Shown: positions 60,701 to 64,000 of the stretch, piece by piece
Layout: every line of letters begins with the position of its first letter
Numbering within the stretch: position 1 is the stretch's first letter
Origin: a virus
DNA: 64,000 nt
Strand: one strand, 5' to 3'
Virus record (IMG/VR): IMGVR_UViG_3300025732_000019
The notes under the pieces: model-generated
The model's input: the letters and a program-made list of their open reading frames with translations, nothing else
Told to the model about the DNA's origin: nothing
The model's database searches: none
Position numbers and translations under genes: made by a program

Positions 60701-62193
60701 CGCGTATTTGCGAGGGTGCCACTGGTGATGTTATCCGCATTCGTTGTATCAACCGACGAGAACGTGACGCGATTATTGCCCGCATCAAATGCGACAGTGG
60801 TACCACCAGATGCGACAAACTGCACACGGCTATTGGTGAACTGATCCGCGTTCGCGCTGTTCGCGACAATAATTGGAGAGAGTGAACCCCCGATAGTAAT
60901 CGAACCGGGCTGGTTATTGATGGTGACGTAATCACCCGCCACCAATGTCGCGAGCACAAACCCGCTACCATTTCCAATTAGAAGTTGACCGTTTGACGGA
61001 GCAGAGTTGACGCCGGTACCACCATACGCAACAGACAGAAGACCGGTATTAACGCTGGTCGCATTCGTATAGTATGCCGGTAGGTGACCACCAAAATACG
61101 CGCTATCGTTCGCAGACGCCGCAGCACTCGCACTGTTGACGTTGAGTTGGTTCTCGTTCTTACCAAATGCGTGGGATGCGTCGTTAGCGGTGCCGGTAAA
61201 GACCGTCGAATTGACAATAGTGTTGACGGATGAGTTGCCAATCGTCAAGGCGCTTGGCGTCAATGTCACATTCGCAGCAACAATGAGTGTGTTCGCGGTA
61301 CGAATGTTTCCGTTGACGTCTAACGCATATGACGGCGAGATCGTGTTGATACCGACGCGTGACTGCCACACGTCAATCGCCATCACATCAGCGACGCCTT
61401 CTTTCTGCACGCGCACCAGTGTCGCATCCTTGACGATGGCGGCCACGTTATCATTGGGATCGTTTGTCGAGAGACGAATGGTGGATGCAGTGCCGTTCGA
61501 TTGCAGATTGATCGTGTTCGCGACAAGCGTCGTCGTGATGACGGCGCTACTATTCACATTCCCCGCAAAGACACCGTTGCCGTTAGCGTACAGATTACCT
61601 GTCGAAACATTCGTTGCGGTAATGAACGTGTTGACGGTGCTGTTGCCAACACGAATGGATGACGTATTCGCTTGTACGTTAGCGCCAACGACCACATAAC
61701 TGCTATTGACTTGCGCATTACCGATGGTGATGCCACTTCCGGTAATTGCGACATTCGGTGAGATCGATCCCACCACCAGCGTCGTCGTGTTGGCCACGAT
61801 CTCACCGATAGTGAATGTGGTTTGATTCGCCACCACATTCCCAACGGTAATCGCTGTCGCATTGATATTACTGGTCGTTACGGTGCCTGATATGTTGACG
61901 GTGTTGCTGAAGACTGCGGCGCCATTGAGATAGCTATTTCCGTCAACCGTCAGTGTGTTGGTGACGTGCAGGTTGCTGATCGCAACGTTACCGGTTAAAT
62001 TCGCGAGGCCTGCGGTTAAGGTACCCGTGACATTAACATTGCCGCTAAAATTAACTACGTTTGCTGTAACATTCGCGACACCGTTGGCGTCTGCGGAGAT
62101 GATATTGTTGTTGACATATGCCGCAAGTTCATTGAACTGCTCAACGAAATCGCTGAAGGTGTTGGCAAGTGTGACGGTATTTGAGAATGACAT
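54745..62193 (-). CDS. Giant (2482 aa) repetitive tail-fibre-like protein
   Basis: ANTFSDFV..FN N-terminus; dozens of ~22-aa ANNxTYAxGKxEGNLNVNSA repeats; GGTG/NGQLLIGNG fibre motifs. Confidence 0.8.
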   Translation of the reverse strand: MSFSNTVTLANTFSDFVEQFNELAAYVNNNIISADANGVANVTANVVNFSGNVNVTGTLTAGLANLTGNVAISNLHVTNTLTVDGNSYLNGAAVFSNTVNISGTVTTSNINATAITVGNVVANQTTFTIGEIVANTTTLVVGSISPNVAITGSGITIGNAQVNSSYVVVGANVQANTSSIRVGNSTVNTFITATNVSTGNLYANGNGVFAGNVNSSAVITTTLVANTINLQSNGTASTIRLSTNDPNDNVAAIVKDATLVRVQKEGVADVMAIDVWQSRVGINTISPSYALDVNGNIRTANTLIVAANVTLTPSALTIGNSSVNTIVNSTVFTGTANDASHAFGKNENQLNVNSASAAASANDSAYFGGHLPAYYTNATSVNTGLLSVAYGGTGVNSAPSNGQLLIGNGSGFVLATLVAGDYVTINNQPGSITIGGSLSPIIVANSANADQFTNSRVQFVASGGTTVAFDAGNNRVTFSSVDTTNADNITSGTLANTRLSGNYAISITGTANNASYFNGQAAAFYQNATNINTGTLSNNQLYGTYGITITGSANDTAFFSGANAAYYTNASNMSSGTLPAGRLAGAYTNVNAIGTLTSLTIAADTLIGSLPAINVTQSWTTDNTFSALVVNITDSTANDNSTLIDLQLNSSSRFSVNKLGNISANTFALGANVTGNTSAVRVGNSSVNTVLTSSQLAIGSATVNATVYTGTANNATYAFGKSEGNLNVNSALSANNSTYAFGKSEADLNVNSAVIANNATYAFSKSEANLNVNSALSANNSTYAFGKSEADLNVNSALTANNSTYAYGKTEGALNVNNASYAFGKSEANLNVNNAVFLTGNLAQTNSSVLSVGANVVVNASAILVGNSSVNVVTNSSQISIGSGTLTATNYSGTANNATYAFGKTEGNLNVNSALSANNSTYAFGKSEANLNVNSAVSANNSTYAYGKSEGNLNVNSAINANNSTYAFGKSEAQLNVNSAVSANNSTYAYGKSEAQLDVNSAVSANNATYAYGKTEGNLNVNSAVFLQGNAIQTNSTVLTVGSNVALTTSALVIGNTSVNASVNSTVFSGTANNSTYAFGKSESDLHVNTALTANNATYAYGKTEGALNVNSAVSANNSTYAFGKSEGDLNVNSALVANNSTYAYGKTEGNLNVNNATTAGTANNATYAFGKSEANLNVNSAVVANNATYAYGKTEGNLNVNSAVSANNSTYAYGKTEGNLNVNSAVYLTAKLPLSNTALHTVGNVTSVTTGQDWVHYAWSSGLVYGGGIVDNGNGSVTLANAEVMLRSADTDHANLAVYFVPGATLTLTNNDVNYVHADYNGGSPIFTTSTAPDDINGHTQTMLYVLSRRDSEIVGIDATSQNVDVGTKVDDLLVLSDGYKYGPFTHATGGSRIGNGTATYITLTEGKFYYGLTPVAHPSFDTSIAGTNSNNVFRYYYNRSAWTYTADSKTISNTQYDNAGTLTALSNNRYRTDYVYLVPDGILGNSYLVVVYGNTQFQTSAEAAVAPVPSSLPSEIDGLAILVGQVIAQQGSNTITVASFRTDFAVSPVTNHNALAGLQGGTTGQYYHLTSMAATSLNAISDTLPTNGALLIGNSSAFNLSTLTAGENIAITNGNGTISIAATVGVVAMGIGNASDNLIFSNTQVNFAASGGTTVDINAASRTVTYSSVDTTNATNISSGTLANTRLSGTYGIDISGTANNSTYAYGKTEGNLNVNSALVANNATYAFGKSEANLNVNSASQASNATNLNSQPGSYYTNASNITTGTLPEAQLSANVLLTTSTTGINASAISTGTVPAARLASANTTVNGVVDTTTQSFAGSKTFTGVLTANAGSKLVIQNGVDGTSTRGIFFWTETDPNWGMYLSQAGASKSLANGVAASSIDSRSGWHVRSRSGSLNSEGFLWENQGEVALMSLTGDTGDLYLKGNAYVGNSTSQVVIHSGSTTGINASALSTGTVPDARLSGTYTNITANNATYAFGKTEGNLNVNNATTAGTANNATYAFGKSEGNLNVNSAVSANNSTYAYGKSEGNLNVNSAVTANNSTYAFGKSEGDLNVNSATSAGTANNSTYAFGKSEGNLNVNSAVFVSGNTVTTNSTVLAVGANVIANTSALLIGNSSVNVVTNSSQISIGAGTLTATAYSGTANNATYAFGKTEGNLNVNSAVTANNATYAYGKTEGNLNVNNATTAGTANNATYAFGKTEGDLNVNNATYAYGKTEGNLNVNSAVFLSGNTVTTNSTVLAVGANVVANTSALLVGNSSVNVVTNSSQISIGSGTLTATAYSGTANNATYAFGKTEGNLNVNNATTAGTANNATYAFGKTEGDLNVNSAINANNTTYAFGKLEGALNVNSASYLGAKTEGNLNVNSAVFLSSNTVQTNTTVLSVGSNVAVNTSSYFVGNSTQNSIHTSVSLITGNSTVNTVVNTTTMAVGANVYLNATAHFVGNSSVNTVITAGSITISGTPVTAVSLDPIVAAIALG

Positions 62194-62411
62194 TAGGGTG
62201 TCTTTGCCATGAGAAGTTGTTCAACCAGAGTCGTCAATTGCTGCACGTGCTGTCGCAGTTCGGCCACTTCATCCTGCAAACGTTCTGCGTGATGCGCTGT
62301 TGCACGAGCGGCCCGCGCACGCAACAACGCACTTCTATCAGTATTTAGAAGTGCGTTTGATTGCGGGTCGCGCACATATTGCCGATCATCCGTCTTGAGG
62401 AACGGGGGCAT
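62193..62411 (-). CDS. Small conserved coiled-coil protein
   Basis: YVRDPQSNALLNTD motif plus coiled coil; follows the large structural gene as in other T4-like phages. Confidence 0.7.
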   Translation of the reverse strand: MPPFLKTDDRQYVRDPQSNALLNTDRSALLRARAARATAHHAERLQDEVAELRQHVQQLTTLVEQLLMAKTP

Positions 62412-64000
62412 TATTGATCCAAAGCGATGGCTCGGAAGTTCTTGATTCGAGGCAAGAGCGTCGTATCGTTACTTGCCATGATGACTTTTACCGCATATAC
62501 CTTAAAGCGATCTGTCGTATCTGTGCTTTGATCGAACGCTTTATCGTATCGCGTCTTGAAGGTGAACTCGCGGTACTGATTATCGATTGTTGAGATGACG
62601 CTATCCGGTGTCTCTTGCACCATCAGACGCCATGGCTGATCATCAAACCGCGATGTATCCACATCACCCGACAACACCTTGTAGTACACATAGATATTCA
62701 CCCCGCTCGGTCGGTATGCATCCAGATAGACGCGAATATCCCGAGCATCAAATCCATCCGCTAATGTGACAGGCTTGGTGATATACCGTGTCAGGGCATT
62801 TCCATTCGCTGATGACGATTCGCTGACGACGGCAAGTGCCGCGTTGCCGGAGATCGTGATTGTCGGCGTCGTGAGATAGCCACTACCTGAATCCGTAATG
62901 ACTACGCGCACGACCGTGTTCGACGAATCCACCACGGCATATCCAGTTGCATCCGCACCCACGTCACTATTGCTAATAGTGAGATCAAGATGGTCGTAGA
63001 TCGCATACGTGTTTGCGGCACGCGTAGCACTCAATGCTGCGGTGGCCGTAAACTGCGTGTTGCTCTGAATCGACGCCACCGTCACCGCAAGATTACCACC
63101 AATCACAACATCTTCGCCCACGTTCAGCGTATCGTTGAATGCGGTACCCGTACCGGTGACGATGGTGCATGCAGACGTGGTTGCAACCGTACCGGTTTGT
63201 GTATTCGGGCTATAGTTACTACCCGGATCGGTAATGCTGATCTGTGCATTCGACACACCCATATCGTTTAACAGATGCTTCAATGTGAGCACACTGAACT
63301 TCTTCAAATCGATGTATGGAGCCACGTCAGTGCTGTGCGTCGTGAACGCCGCGATCACATCAATCGTATTCGCCGTCGTGCCATTGATGATGGTGTTCGC
63401 AGGCGGATCCGACGCCCACACAGGATAGAACACCGGTTCATTGTTCGACGATTCGTAGCCTTGCAGCAGCGAACGTTGCGCTAACGAATATGACGCGTGT
63501 GAGTACACCGTGTATCGCGTGGCCACTTGACCTTCAAGATCGCCGTTCGCATTGATCGGCTTGATATCCATCAGATACGTGGTCGCGGTGGTATTACTGA
63601 ATTGCACTTCATGCGGATAGAACACCAGACTATCCACCATTGTGTTCGTCACTGGCTGCATCGCACGCAGTACCAGATATCCTGTATTCGAACCGCCCGA
63701 AAGCGACCATGTGGCACGATTCAAACGGAACATCAGATCTTCAAAAGGCGATTCCGTCCACGTGGAGGCGTTCTGCGACTTGAAGAAACTTCCGGCATAC
63801 GGCTGCTTCGCGACCTTTTGATCGGTGCCGATCACGGTACCGCCCAGTTCACCGGTATACACCGTGTAGGCGTCTGAGTCAGAACGAACAACTATTGCGT
63901 ATTCTAAGCCCGGTTGCAAATGTACAGGCGCCGCAAAGGCAAAGCGTGTGTAGGTGTTCGCGTCACTAAAGTTGGGTGCAGTCGTCGTATTCACACGATC
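62411..64000 (-). CDS. C-terminal part of a large baseplate-associated virion protein (5'-truncated)
   Basis: GSFFKSQNASTWT....EDLMF.L.RA, YITKPVTL, P.IKNFRAIAL. Confidence 0.75.
   Translation of the reverse strand, partial: DRVNTTTAPNFSDANTYTRFAFAAPVHLQPGLEYAIVVRSDSDAYTVYTGELGGTVIGTDQKVAKQPYAGSFFKSQNASTWTESPFEDLMFRLNRATWSLSGGSNTGYLVLRAMQPVTNTMVDSLVFYPHEVQFSNTTATTYLMDIKPINANGDLEGQVATRYTVYSHASYSLAQRSLLQGYESSNNEPVFYPVWASDPPANTIINGTTANTIDVIAAFTTHSTDVAPYIDLKKFSVLTLKHLLNDMGVSNAQISITDPGSNYSPNTQTGTVATTSACTIVTGTGTAFNDTLNVGEDVVIGGNLAVTVASIQSNTQFTATAALSATRAANTYAIYDHLDLTISNSDVGADATGYAVVDSSNTVVRVVITDSGSGYLTTPTITISGNAALAVVSESSSANGNALTRYITKPVTLADGFDARDIRVYLDAYRPSGVNIYVYYKVLSGDVDTSRFDDQPWRLMVQETPDSVISTIDNQYREFTFKTRYDKAFDQSTDTTDRFKVYAVKVIMASNDTTLLPRIKNFRAIALDQ

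Overview
64 kb segment of a T4-like (myovirus-type) dsDNA bacteriophage genome; no host chromosome is visible. 1-13 kb (+ strand) is an early/accessory region with sigma70 promoters, an HNH endonuclease, a RuvC-like resolvase, a PBP(S11)-lysozyme fusion, a pyrimidine-dimer glycosylase-like gene, a GT4, tRNA-Ser, tRNA-Leu, a decayed tRNA-Asp, a circularly permuted tmRNA, and gp33, gp59 and gp32. 13-22 kb (- strand) carries Dps, Hsp20, a DNA methyltransferase, gp46/47/55, UvsW/UvsY and gp3. 22.8-36.6 kb (-) is the canonical gp23-22-21-(67/68)-20-19-18-17-16-15-14-13 morphogenesis block. 36.6-64 kb (-) is an expanded fibre/appendage region under CTAAATA late promoters. The standout is a predicted five-gene late operon (43.7-38.0 kb) inside the fibre region: a fibre protein, two paralogous proteins with 19 and 23 His-x-Asp motifs, a radical SAM/SPASM enzyme carrying the same HxD repeats on its own C-terminus, and a Cys-motif/methyltransferase fusion. 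This looks like a RiPP-type (triceptide-like) maturation system repurposed to modify virion appendage proteins. Other highlights: the two-piece tmRNA, apparent N-x-S/T sequon enrichment in virion proteins alongside two glycosyltransferases, four paralogous Kelch-like propeller proteins, a ROSE-like thermometer on hsp20 and probable leaderless late mRNAs. All calls come from reading motifs and synteny by eye; no database searches were run.
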